A stretch of DNA of 64,000 nt from Okamejei kenojei (taxonomy: Eukaryota): NCBI GenBank assembly GCA_035221665.1, contig CM069139.1:56296001-56360000 (forward strand), written 5' to 3'. The notes beneath the pieces were generated by a model. It was given only the letters and a program-made list of their open reading frames with translations. It was not told the origin of the DNA and did not search any database. Each line of letters begins with the position of its first letter. The first letter of the stretch is position 1. The translations under genes and the position numbers were made by a program. Below are positions 11,653 to 23,790 of this stretch, piece by piece.

Positions 11653-13589
11653 CTTGAAAAACAAAGCAATGCAGTAAAAACCTAGCAATTATTTATGTTG
11701 TGCTCCAGTGTACTTATCATTCCAACAGCAAAAGATACTAGGGATTTTGTGCTAAAATGATTGACTCTAATAATATTAATCTACTAAGAACTACACAAAG
11801 AAACATGTTACGGAAAAAGGCTTTCCAGCTCGTGAGTCCGCACTGTCCATCAAGCACATATTTTAGATTAATCATACATTAATCTGATTCCAGATTCTCT
11901 TCAGTTTCCCTCCAGATTTTACCACTCACCTGCACACTTGGGGCAATTCTCAACGGCCAATTAACCTACCAACCACCATATCTTTGGAATGTGAACACTG
12001 GAGCACCCAGATACATATGGATTGAACATACAAACTGTACACAGACAGCACCCAAGATTAAGATTGAACCTGGGAATCTCATGTCACTGTGCTACTCATC
12101 TGGTCATGATAAGCAATTATTATTAATAACGGTTCACAGGTTAGCGTGATCCTCATTAATTGATAATGGAGAAAATAGGAAAAAATTACAATATAAAACA
12201 CTATGAAATGGTACATGGACTTACTACTGAGATCCAATGATTAGCTGTAGGTACACCATCCACCAAGACTTTATCCATTTCTCACAGATATTTACCTTTC
12301 CGAGGCATCCCCTATCAAATGGATTATTAATTGTCAATAATCGTCAACTATATATTGTCAAAATTTATTGTTCATTCTTTACTCAACGGCAACAGTGATG
12401 AAGAAATCAATTTACTTTAGATGACTTGAAAGAATGCAAAAAATGTGCAGTATTTCAGATTACATCTATTGCACTTACAAATTAATAAATATTGTTATGA
12501 AAAGTATTACATATTATGAATATTAATGCATTTTTTAAACTTTCCTTATATCGTAACATTATATTTTGTTCACTGGAAATCAATTTATAAAAGAATGATT
12601 ACCGAAAGAAAAAATAATACATTTTCTTAAAACAGAAAGCCAGTCAGAAAATTGTATTGATTAATCTGTGCAGTGATGAAGGGAAGCATGCAAAAGAGCA
12701 GCACCTGCAATGAAGATAGGGAAAATATCAAAAAATTATATTATCACTATCTTGATCAGTAATTTAAAATATATGGGGGTACACAAAATGCTGGAGAAGC
12801 TCAGCGGGTGCAGCAGCATCAATGGAACGAAGGAGATAGGCTACGTTTTGGGCCGAAACCCTTCTTATATAATTTGGTGCATCCAACATTTTATAACTGA
12901 AGCCAAACAGATAGTAAACAGAAGTTCTATTTCGACTAAAATACTACATGAATTTAAATATTTACTTTTTTGAGTAGAGCAATATGTGACTGATCCATGT
13001 CCATGTATCTATGCATCAATTGGGCAGATTTCTGATGCCAATGAGCTGCCTATACTTCCCATTCCCCAGCCTACTTTGTCCACATTTGCCTGGAATGGGA
13101 TTTCCTGAATGCCTTTTTCCTGGGCCATGTCAGGTCCAGGGTGGTTGGCGACTCCTTTCTATCATGGGATGTTTTACTCATGAATGGCATCTGATGTAAA
13201 AGGTCTGAAACAAATCTCATAGAAAGAAGCAAAAACTGAAAATGATGGAACTATCTTGCGTTGTTAATTCTGCTTCTCTTTCCACAGATGCTGCCTGACC
13301 TGTTGAGTGTTTCCAGCATTTTCCATTCTTATTCGGATTTCAAACATCTTTAGTTGTTTACTTTCAATCACCATCAGAAGCAATCTGACAGACAGCATAG
13401 CCTACCCAGATACAGCCAGATATCATAGTTTTCCATGCTGTTTAAATGTTCAAAAGCACTTTTTCTGTTTTTGGTTTAGATTATGCTGACTATGCCTGGA
13501 ATAATAGATACTGCTGAAAGGAAAAATGATCAGATAAATGCTGTGTGCAATGTCACTTCTGCGGCTAGGCGTGTACATGGGATATGTGA

Positions 13590-13960
13590 GGTCGCAGCCC
13601 CTCTGAATATTTGAAGGGGCTGCTATGCCGATTCTGGTTGCACTTCAGCCCCTCTCTTCTGATCCATGGACACAGTGCGTTGGGGGGTCTCTTGGTCAAT
13701 TTGCTGCTGGGCCTGGCCAAGCTGACCATTCATGAATCATGGCAACGGGCAGCAGGGGGCTCCTCCCAGGCCGACTGTCTGCCCTTCTTTCATGCTTATG
13801 TCTGTGCATGGGTGTCCCTGGAGAGGGAGCATGCAGTGCCCATGGGCACCTTGGCTGCTTTCTGGGACAGCTGGGCCTCACAGGGGCTTGAGTGCTTCTC
13901 AGATGAAAGTAACAATGATTTGATTTGATACTTATATGTAAATTCCCCATTTTAGATAGA
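13590..13960 (+). mobile_element. L1/Tx1-like LINE ORF2 C-terminal fragment
   Basis: ORF 13611-13928 (LVNLLLGLAKLTIHES...VSLEREHA...FWDSW) resembles Tx1 ORF2 C-termini. Confidence 0.55.
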
Positions 13961-13990
13961 TGTCTCCATAGAGTAGTGTTTTCATTGAAA

Positions 13991-14833
13991 AGGGGCGGTC
14001 CCACTGTGGAGACCTAATTGGCGAGTTTGGAAGAGTTCCCCACAACTCACACTCGCCGCATGGTCGACACGAGGTCCTAGGAGGAATTTGTAAAGGGCCT
14101 ATCCCACTATACGAGTTTACCCAAGAGCTCTCCCGAGTTTAAAAAAAAAAATCAAACTCGTGGTAAGTACGTAGAATGTACGTAGCGGGTACGTCGGAGC
14201 TCGGGACGTCTCTTAGCAGCTCGTAACGCTAACAGCAGGTACTCGGGAAACGCGGTAAGCTCGTGAAGATTTTTCAACATGTTGAAAAATATCCACAAGA
14301 GCCCCGAGTACCTACGAGCAGCTATAACCATAATTCTCCGAGTTCGAATCAGGGGAAACTCGGGAGAACTCTTGAGTTACCTCGTACAGTGGGACAGGCC
14401 CTTAACTCTCCTTCATGCTCAAGAGTAGTCCCCGCGTAATTGAGGGCTCAGCTAGGTCGTGGCGTATTTTTCAACATGCTGAAAAATGCCCGTGAGTAAA
14501 AAAAGGTCGCCATGGAAACAAATCGATATTGTTTTACTCGTAGGTTTAGTCCAAGTAGGTCAGCATGTTATTCGTAGGTAATCGAGGGTAGTCGAAGGTA
14601 GTCGTAGATAGTCTTCAACATAGTCGAAGGGAGGTTAAAGAAGATCGAAGGAAGTCGTCTTCACTCTCCACTATTCGGTGTCCAATTTTCCCGAAGCTAG
14701 TCGAAGCTATTCTTCAACATAGTCGAAGGAGGTCTTCTACAAAGTCGAAGGAGGTCTTCAACATGACACTTTTTCAAACTCTCCTAAACTCTTCTAAACT
14801 CACCAATTAGGTCGCCGCAGTGGGACAGCCCCT
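13991..14833. mobile_element. Non-autonomous PIF/Harbinger-like DNA transposon (MITE)
   Basis: Imperfect TIRs of about 38 bp, AGGGGC(G/T)GTCCCACTG...CCTAATTGG(C/T)GAGTTT. Flanks are AAA and TAA. Confidence 0.75.
14094..14402. mobile_element. Harbinger-like MITE nested inside the previous MITE
   Basis: TIRs AGGGCCT(A/G)TCCCACT(A/G)TACGAG. Perfect TAA target duplication (14091-14093 and 14403-14405). Confidence 0.85.
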
Positions 14834-15127
14834 TAACTTTGTATTTGTAAATAAACTTCGTAAAATCAAATTGCTGTGTGAGACTTATCCTTGGCTGTGG
14901 GGTTTAATCTCTCTGAATAAAGCATGGCCCTGTGGGGATTGTGTCCGGTTGGAAACCTCCGCTCCCTCCAGTAAGTCACAAACAATCTCCCAGATGTACT
15001 AGGGGACAGAGCACCTAGGGTGACGGAGGAACTGAAGGAAATTCACATTAGTCAGGAAATGGTGTTGGGTAGACTGATGGGACTGAAGGCTGATAAATCC
15101 CCATAGCCTGATGGTCTGCATCCCAGG

Positions 15128-18112
15128 TGTTGTATATGTGTAAAACTGTCCTTACAGTCACCACTTGAGGGCTCTGCCCCTATATGTAGGTTTTTCTCAG
15201 AATCAGTCACGCAGCCATCTTGGTTTGAATAAACCGACTTACTGACAAGGTACAACATGAGTCGATATTGAGTTATTATCGGTCAAACACAACATCTGGC
15301 GACGACGATGGCTAGTTTAACTCTCGCTACCCTATCTCCATTCTTGGAAAGTCCAAGAGAGCCTCCTGTACAATGGACACGATGGTTCGAAAGTTTCACC
15401 ATATACTTAATCGCAAGTGGCCTGGACGGCGAGGCCATTTCGGACGCTCGCAGCCGAGCGATCCTGCTGCATTGCCACGGAACGGAGGGACAGCGGATCT
15501 TCACGCAGTTTGACAGTGCTGCAACGAGTAAGTACAGTAATGCTGTTACTGCACTTGGCAAATATTTTGGCCCAATGACAAGTGTGATGATAGCGAGATA
15601 CCGTTTTCATCAACGTTCACAAGGATATGGCAAACCAGTGAAGCATTTTGTTTCTTCATTGATAGAACTAGCTACAAAGTGCAATTTTGGGGCACTGACT
15701 GATGAGTTGGTGAGAGACCAGCTGATAGAAAATACTTTTATCCCACGGATCAGAGAGCGCCTTCTAATGGAGGATGATGATCTCAAAACCGAAAAGGCAC
15801 AAGAATTAGCCGTGCAAATTGAAAGTGCGATGCATGATGCCAAGTTGCTCAAACAACATTCGATGGCAAGCACTGAGGGAGCATCTAGTCACTCATCTCA
15901 TCAGATGAACACAGCACCAGTGCAGGGCATTCATAAACAGTCGAAAAACAATCGCTCAAACAAGCAGTGTCCGAATTGTGGCCGGACACACGGTCCCAAG
16001 GATTGTCCAGCATACGATAAACGGTGCAACGTGTGTTCAAAGCTGAATCACTTAGAGAAAGTATGCCGGTCATCAAAGGAGAAGGCTTCATCTGTCTGCC
16101 ATGTAGACGATGAATCGCCAGGTGTACACGATGTATACTGCATAAAAGACAGGTCTGACCAGGATGTTTGGTCAACAGGTGCTTTCAAAGACTCCAGGGT
16201 CGAGATCGCTGGGACCTCGGTATCGCTTCTCATAGATGTGGGGGCGAAGGTTTCTAATTTGAGCGTAGACCTCTACAATAGGTCTTTTTCGGACTACCCA
16301 GTTGCTCTCCCGAGGGACACTCTTCACTCTTATGATGGTTCAACCATACCCACGATAGGGCTAGTGACAGTTCCAGTTTGCTACAAAGGTGTCAAGCTCG
16401 ATCGCTTCACATTCTACGTCGCAGAAGGAAAGAGTCTGATGGGAGTCAAATTGACTAGGTTTGATCGACCAGGTTTCAAGCTTCAGGACTCAACCGGCAC
16501 GAACATCAATGTGATCAGCAGCGCGGACTATGGGCATGAGTATCCTTCGTTTTCTCTGGTTTTGGGGTAGTTAAAGGGTACTGCCACGCACCTCATGTAG
16601 ACACATCAGTCCCGCCTGTTTCACAACACCTACGGCACCTAACATTTTCCATTAGCTCGGAAGTCTGAACTGAAGTGACTCGAAAATGAGTCAGTATCAT
16701 TGAACGCATCGATTCACCCCCTTGGATATCGAATCTTGTTATAGTGTGACGGAACAACGGTGAACTCAGACTTTGCATTGATCTCAAATCGGTCAACAAA
16801 GCCATCATTCCGGACAAATACCCTCTGCCAGTAATACAAGAGCTATCTGCGTCGTTCCATGGTTCAACGGTGTTCACAAAACTAGACATGTGCCGAAGCT
16901 ACCTTCAGGTACCACTAGCAGAATGCAGTCGGCATTTGTCAGCATTCATCACACATGAAGGAGTATTTCAGTACCGTGAGATGCTGTGAACAGGACATCG
17001 AGTTCAACACGCTGAAAGACAAAATAGCATCTCCGCCTGTTCGACCCAAGTGCTGAAACGTACATCACAACAGATACTTCCAGTATCGCGATCGAAGCAG
17101 TGTTATCGCAATGCATCGATGGAAGCGAACGACCGATCGCATTTGCGTCCCGTCCCTTGACTGCAACCGAACGCAAGTACTCCACCAGGGAACGCAAAGC
17201 ATTAGCGTGCATCTACGCATGTGAACACTGGCACGTATACCTATACGGGAGACCATTCACTCTCCGTACGGATCACCAAGCGCTGACTATGTTACTGGAC
17301 ACGTCAGGCTTAAGACATCGTCCGCTCCGGATCTAAAGACGGTCCGATCACCTTCATCAGTACAACTTCGAAGTCGAATACCTCGCAGGTTCACGTAATC
17401 GCAACGCAGACACGCTCAGTCTCGTCCCAAAGGTGGCACCAGTACGCATACGCGATAGCGATGCTTCAAGCGACATTGACGACTACATTCTCACGGTGAT
17501 TTCGCACACGACAGCAAATCTAGTAACGCGGGAAGAGCTGTAAGCAGAGTCGACAGCTGACGGCACACTGCAAACCGTCTGCCAGTATCTCGACAGACTG
17601 GACCAAGGAGATAGCAGACAACTTAGTTCCAAACCACCGGGTACGCCACGAACTGGCTGTGGTTGACAATACATGTGTCACGCGCAGAACTCGAGTGGTT
17701 ATACCCAAATCGCTGCAACATTGCATGTTACAACTGACACATGAAGGACACCTGGGTGTTGTTAAGATGAAACAACGGTGTCGCGAGGCAGTGTGGTGGC
17801 CAGTAATAGATCGGCCCGTAGAAGACTTCGTCAAAAATTGTGAAGCATGCACAATTAGTGAGAAAGCAACAAAACCATGTCCTGCCCGTCTTCAGCAAAT
17901 CCCATGGCCGGACAAACCATGGAAGCACTTGCAAGTCGACATCTTCGAAGTGGTGCAAGCTGCGCCAAGAAGCCAGCGGTGTCTAATTGTAGTACATGAT
18001 CTCCACAGCAAGTGGACTGAGTTCGCAACTTCTTCAGTCATGACAAGCTCAATCATCGCAATTCTCGAAAAGCTGTTCACCAAGTGGGGACTGCCGGAGG
18101 TCATAACGACAG
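15128..18112 (+). mobile_element. Gypsy/Ty3 LTR retrotransposon, 3'-truncated and decayed
   Basis: 5' LTR 15128-15294 (TGTTG...CAACA), PBS TGGCGAC at 15297. Gag-protease ORF 15308-16570 (CxxC...H...C knuckles, IDVGA), RT/RNaseH remnants (RPIAFASR, TDHQAL), integrase HHCC (HEGHLG...CEAC). Flanked by CR1 sequence. No 3' LTR. Confidence 0.9.
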
Positions 18113-19570
18113 CATCTCTGGATCAGTTCCTGTGGATAGGAGGGTAGCTAATGTTATCCCACTCTTTAGGAAAGGAGGGAGAAAGAAACCAGTGAATTAT
18201 AGATGTTAGCCTGACATCGGTGGTGGGGAAGATGCTGGAGTTGATTAGTAAAAATGTAATAGCAGCGCATTTGGATAGCAGTAACAGGATCGGTCCAAGT
18301 CAGCATGGATTTACGAAGGGAAATTATGCTTGACTAATCTTCTCGAATTGTTTGAGGATGTAACGAGTAAAATGGATAAGGGGGAGCCAGTGGATGTAGC
18401 GTACCTGGACTATCAGAAAACCTTTGATAAGGTCCCACATAGGAGATTAGTGGGCAAAATTAGAGTACATGGTATTGGGGGTAGGGTATTGACGGATAGA
18501 AAATTGGTTGGCAGACAGGAAAAAAAGTGTAGGAATTAACGGGTCCCTTTCAGAATGGCAGGCAGTGACTAGTGGTGTGCCGCAAGGCTCAGTGCTGGGA
18601 CAACAGCTATGTATAATATACATTAATGATTTAGATGAAGGAATTAAAAGTAACATTAGCAAATTTGCAGATGACACAAAGCTGGGTGGCAGTGTGAACT
18701 GTGAAGAGGATGCTATGAGGATGCAGGGTGACTTGGACAGGTTGAGTGAGTGGGCAGATGCATGGCAGATGCAGTATAATGTGGATAAATGTGAGGTTAT
18801 CCACTTCTGTGGCAAGAACAAGAAGGCAGATTATTATTTGAATGGTGTCAGGTTAGGAAAAGGGTAAGTGCAACGAGACTTGGGTGTCCTTGTACATCAG
18901 CCACTGAAAGTAAGCATGCAGCTACAGCAGGCAGTGAAGAAAGCTAATGGCATGTTGGCTTTCATAATGGGCGGAGTTGAGTATAAGAGCAAGAGGTCCT
19001 TCTGCAGTTGTACAGGGCCCTGGTGAGAGCACAGCTGGAGTATTGTGTGCAATTTTGGTCTCCTAATTTGAGGGACACTCTTGCTATTCAGGGAGTGCAG
19101 CGTAGATTCACAAGGTTAATTCCCGGGATGGTGGGACTGTCATATAATGAAAGAATGGAGCAATTGGGCTTGTGTTTACTGAAATTTAGGATGAGAGGAT
19201 ATCTTATAGAAACATATACAATTATTTAGGGATTGGACACGCTAGATGCAGGAACCGTGTTCCCAATGTTGGGGGAGTCCAAAATAGAGGCCACAATTTA
19301 AGAATAAGGGGAGGCCATTTAGAACTGAGATGAAGAAAAACTTTTTCACAGAGTTGTGAATTTGTGGAATTCTCTGCTTCAGAAGGCAGTGGAGGCCGAT
19401 TCATTCAAAAGATAAATAGATTGAGCTCTTAGGGCTTGCGGAATCAAGGGATATGGGGAGAAGGCATGGACGGGGTACTGATTGTAGATGATCAGCCATG
19501 ATCACATTGAATGGCGGTGCTGGCTCGAAGGGATGAATAATCTACTCCTGCACCTATTGTCTATGTCTCT
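18113..19570 (+). mobile_element. CR1-type LINE 3' half (continues the fragment at ~15000-15127)
   Basis: ORFs with FDKVPH, GVPQGSVLG, KFADDTKL, LEYCVQFWSP, followed by a typical 3' tail. Confidence 0.9.
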
Positions 19571-20079
19571 GTGCATCTATGTCAGAAAGAAAGGGACAAG
19601 AGATAGATTTAAGACACGTTGGCCTTGATTTTATTGAATAATTAAGTCTAATGGTTTAATTTACTACCCCAGTAGATTCAGTGTTGACAAAATATAGTCG
19701 GCCTGAAACTTCATTGCATGTGCTATTTAGTTTCTGAGTATTTGAAGTGCTTTGGCTTTTGCCATTGCAATCCAAGACAGGAACCATTGCCAGTCTTTCA
19801 AGCATCCACTGATGGCGGGAGGAGGTGCTGCAAGGGTGCAGACTGGGCTGCCCTCCCTGTAATGTCAGTCATGGCTTTCTGGTGGAGTAAATCCCGAAGG
19901 AACTGGAGGAAGTTTGCACGAAGCAGGGAGGAGGATGAGGAGAGTGAGAGAAGAGGGGAGAACCTCGCGTCCGTGTATCTGGAGGGCCGGGAAGTCCACT
20001 GTAACTTAGCTGCAGAAACAGCAGACCACCTCACAAGCTATACTCTTGTCCATCTCACAAACCACCCCGAAGTCATCCT

Positions 20080-20465
20080 CCATCCATCCCGCCCGCTCGC
20101 TCGCCGTGCAGGAGACGCCAGAGGTCCTCACCCCTCGGGAAGCCGTCGCCATCGCTCCCGTCCCGTCCCGTCCCCTCTCCGCTCCTCTCCCGCAACCGGA
20201 AGCGAGGGGACGAGCACGGTCCGCACGGAAGCCCGCGCCGTTGCCGGGCGACCGAGTCACGCGTTGCCAGGGCGACGCGGGAGCGGCGGCGTCTGCACCC
20301 GCCCGCCCGCCCGCCCCGGACCTCGCGCCCGCCCGCCCGGGACCTCGCGCCCGCCCCGGACCTCGCGCCCGCCCCGGACCTCGCGCCCGCCCCGGACCTC
20401 GCGCCGCTGCAAACCCGGGACCTCGCGCCGCTGCAAACCCGGGACCTCGCTCATCCGCGACGCTC
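20080..20465. repeat. CpG-rich island containing GC-rich tandem repeats (18-bp GCCCGCCCCGGACCTCGC x~4-5, then 24-bp CCCGGGACCTCGCGCCGCTGCAAA x~2)
   Basis: Directly visible repeats at ~20305-20450. Very high CpG density compared with the flanks. Confidence 0.8.
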
Positions 20466-20487
20466 TGCAAAACTGTTATATTATCAT

Positions 20488-20910
20488 AAGATAGACATAA
20501 AAATCTGGAGTAGCTCAACGGGACAGGCAGCAGCATCTCTGGAGAGAAGGAATGGGTGACGTTTCGGAAGGGCGACCCTTCGGACAGGTTAGGGATAAGG
20601 GAAACGAGTGATATAGACGGTGATGTAGAGAGATAAAGAACAATGAATGAAAGATATGTAAAAGGATGATAAAGGAAACAGGCCATTCTTTGCTGTTTGT
20701 TGGGTGAAAACGAGAAGCTAGTACGATTTGGTGGGGCAGGGATAGAGAGAGAGGGAATGCCGGGCCACCTGAAGTTAAAGAAATCAATATTCATACCACT
20801 GGGTTGTGAGCTGCCCAAGCGAAATATGAGATGCTATTCCCCCAATTTGCGTTTAGCCTCACTGACAACAGAGGATACCAAGGACCGAAGGCCTGTGTGG
20901 GAATGGGATG
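20488..20910 (-). mobile_element. Penelope-like 3' fragment
   Basis: Reverse complement of the 5560-6003 region (end of the GIY-YIG ORF GSSQPSGMNIDF plus terminal repeat). Confidence 0.8.
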
Positions 20911-21414
20911 TTCCCATAAAGCGACGATGACATTCTTACTTGCAGCAGCATAACTGGTTTGCAAATTCACACTCAATAAATAATGTAATAAACGACAAAA
21001 AAGTTCAATGAAAAAAATGCCAATATAGTGCAAATATGAAAGGTGGCCCAAAGTCCCTAGTGCAACCCAGGCAATTCATGTTATAGGAGCTAAATTAGGC
21101 CGTTCGGCCCATCATGGCTGTCCGTCTTTCCCTCTCAACCCCATTCTCCTGCCTTCTCCCCAAAATCCCTGCCACCCGTGCTAATCAAGAATTTGCCAAT
21201 CTCCGCCTTAAAATCATAGTGAGGAATGTGGGGAGTCCGCTGTGGTTGATGTTTATGGTAGCTCTTATGTAGTTGTGTATCTTGTTGTTTTTTTTGGCAT
21301 GGCTCTATGGTAATTCGCATATCATTGTACCTTAATTGGTACACGTGACAATAAAAGACCTTTGAAAATTGTATGCAGACTTCTACTGCCTCAAACGCAA
21401 GAAGTATCTCCTTC

Positions 21415-22280
21415 TGGCTTTTCCCCCGTATCCCTTGATTCCCTTAGTCCTAAGAGCTAAATCCAACTCTCATGAAAACATTCAGTGAATTGGCCTCCAC
21501 TGCCTTCTGTGGGAGAGAATTCCACAGATTCACAACTCTCTGGGTGACATTTATTTTCCTCATCTCAATCCCAAATGGCCTACCCCTTATTCTTAAACTG
21601 TGACTCCTGGTTCTGGACTCCCCCAACTTCGGGAACATTTTTCCTGCATCTACCCTGTCCAATCCTCTAAGAATTTTATATGTTTCTATAAGATCCCCTC
21701 TCATCCTTCTAACCTCCAGGGAATACAACCCCAGTCAACCCATTCTTTCATCGTACGTCAGTCCCGCCATCCCGGGATTTAACCTGGTGAACCTACACTG
21801 CAGTCCCTCAGTACCAATTGCTTCCTCAAATTAGGAGACCAAAATTGCACACAATACTCCAGGTGCAGTCTCACTAGGGCCCTGTACGACTGCACTAGGA
21901 CCTCCTTGCTCTTAAACTCCAATCCTCTTGCAATGAAGGCCAACATGCCTTTGGCTTCCTTCACTGCCGGTTGTACCTGCAAGCTTACTTTCAGTGACTG
22001 ATGTACAAGCACACCAGGTCTCGTTGCACCTCCCCTTCTCCTAATCTGAAACAATAATAATCAGATAATAATCTGCCTTTCTGTTCTTGCCACCATAATG
22101 GATAACCTCACATTTATCCACATTATACTGCATCTGCCATGCTTCTGCCCACTCACCCAACCTATCCAAGTCACCCTGCAGCCTCATAGCATCCTCCTCG
22201 CAGCTCACACTGCCACCCAGCTTTGTGTCATCCACAAAATCAGAAATGTCACAATGAATTCCCTCGTCCAAATCGTTAAT
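21415..22280 (-). mobile_element. CR1-type LINE 3' fragment
   Basis: ORFs 22041-22271 (VDDTKL), 21779-22054 (LEYCVQFWSP), 21450-21728 (RGDLIETYKI). Confidence 0.85.
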
Positions 22281-22677
22281 ATTAGGATATTAAATTGGGA
22301 TATTATCTTAAGAGGATAGGTAACAGTGATTTGGTGCATGAAACATTTGAATCTCTCTCTGTTCAACAGAACCTAAACAAGCATTTCATTTACAAAAGTT
22401 TATTTTGTATTACAATTCTTACAGGCGAAATTACAACGTGCTGCCAATAAATGAGGGTCCATATCAGAGAGTGTATACAACCGATTCCGCATTGTTTAAC
22501 TTGATTTCATCCTAATTTGGAAATTAGTAGCATTTGCCGTATGGCACTCACCCCCCCCCCCCCAAAAAAAATAAAATTAAAACAACCGCATATTTACTTA
22601 GTGATGTTCCAATGCAAACGATTGAGCACTCTGTAGTATAGCTGAGGTTGTAACCAGAAGTTGTATCAGCCAAAGGG

Positions 22678-22880
22678 CTACAAAGTGCTGGGGTAACTCA
22701 GCGGGTCAGGGAGCATCTCTGGAGCACATGGACAGGTGACATCTGTTCAGTCTGAAGAAGGGTCCCGACTCGAAATGTCAACTATCCACCTTCTCCAGAC
22801 ATGCTGCCTGACCCGCTGAGTTACTCCAGCACTTCGTTTCCCTTTGCGTAAATCACCATCCGCAGTTCCTTGTTTTTACA
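22678..22880. repeat. Fold-back (inverted pair) Penelope-terminus repeat with central hammerhead-like core
   Basis: Left arm AAGTGCTGGGGTAACTCAGCGGGTCAGG is complementary to right arm CCTGACCCGCTGAGTTACTCCAGCACTT. Core CTGAAGAAGGGTCCCGACTCGAAATGTC starts at 22752. Confidence 0.75.
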
Positions 22881-23194
22881 GTTATATCACCCACTTTGTG
22901 CAGGGCAAAATCTACAAACAGCACCGAGATAAATGTGAGGGAAATAGGGTGGTAAATAAGCAAACCTCTCCGTGATGACTAGCGTCAATGGAGCTTTATC
23001 ATGAGTATCCTAATATCCGAGTATCCTAATATGTTGGAACAAAATGACATAACTGAGTACCTGATGGGTTCCTTCCAACCCTAAACCACACTGATTAATG
23101 TTCTCCACAGATGCTGCCTGACCCGCTGTGTTGCTTCAGCACATTGTGTATGTTTTCCTTAATATGACACAACCCGGCTTTGTCCAATGATGTG

Positions 23195-23440
23195 TAGACT
23201 TTAGAGATACTGCGTGGAAACAGGCCCTTCGTCTTGCCGAGACCGCCCCGACTAGCGATCTAGAAACCAAATAACCTACAAACCTGCACGTCTTTGGCGT
23301 GTGGGAGGAAATCGAAGCACCCAGAGGAAACCCACAGGAAGAACGTAGAAACTCCGTACAAACAGCACCCTCAGTCAGGATCGAATCCGGATCTCTGGCG
23401 CTGTGAGGCAGCAATTCTACCGCTGTGCCACCGTGTCACA
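23195..23440 (-). mobile_element. HE1/V-SINE-like SINE
   Basis: Reverse complement of the 10530-10835 family. Confidence 0.8.
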
Positions 23441-23506
23441 TTTTAGCCTCCGGCCCATATATGCACTGGTCTAATATAAATTTCGTTTTGAGCGGGGTAC
23501 CTTGGA

Positions 23507-23790
23507 TAGAAACATAGAAAATAGATGCAGGAGTAGGCCATTCGGCCCTTCGAGCCTGCACCGCCATTCAATATGATCATGGCTGATCATCCAACTCAGT
23601 ATCCTTTACCTGCCTTCCCTTCATACCCCTGAACCCTTTAGCCGCAAGGGCCACATCTAACTCCCTCTTAAATATAGCCAATAACTGGCCTCAACTACCT
23701 TCTGTGGCAGAGAATTCCAGAGATTCACCACTCTCTGTGTGAAAAATGTTTTTCTCATCTCCGTCCTAAAAGATTTCCCCCTTATCCTTA
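23507..23790 (-). mobile_element. CR1 3' end (a second short tail lies at ~23897-23982)
   Basis: Tail ATAGAAACATAGAAAATAG; nearly identical to the reverse complement of 35400-35676. Confidence 0.8.

Noticed and set aside
12296-12345. NNPFDRGC peptide reminiscent of zDHHC palmitoyltransferase C-terminal motifs
   Set aside because: An in-frame stop lies just upstream and there is no other DHHC-like sequence nearby.
19718-20818. Long overlapping ORFs (258, 270 and 147 aa) on both strands
   Set aside because: Explained by GC-rich, stop-poor tandem repeats and an adjacent Penelope fragment. The translations are low-complexity.
22399-22404. Possible distal gjd2 poly(A) signal (AATAAA on the minus strand)
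   Set aside because: Plausible, but 2.6 kb from the stop in AT-rich DNA. It cannot be supported without transcript data.
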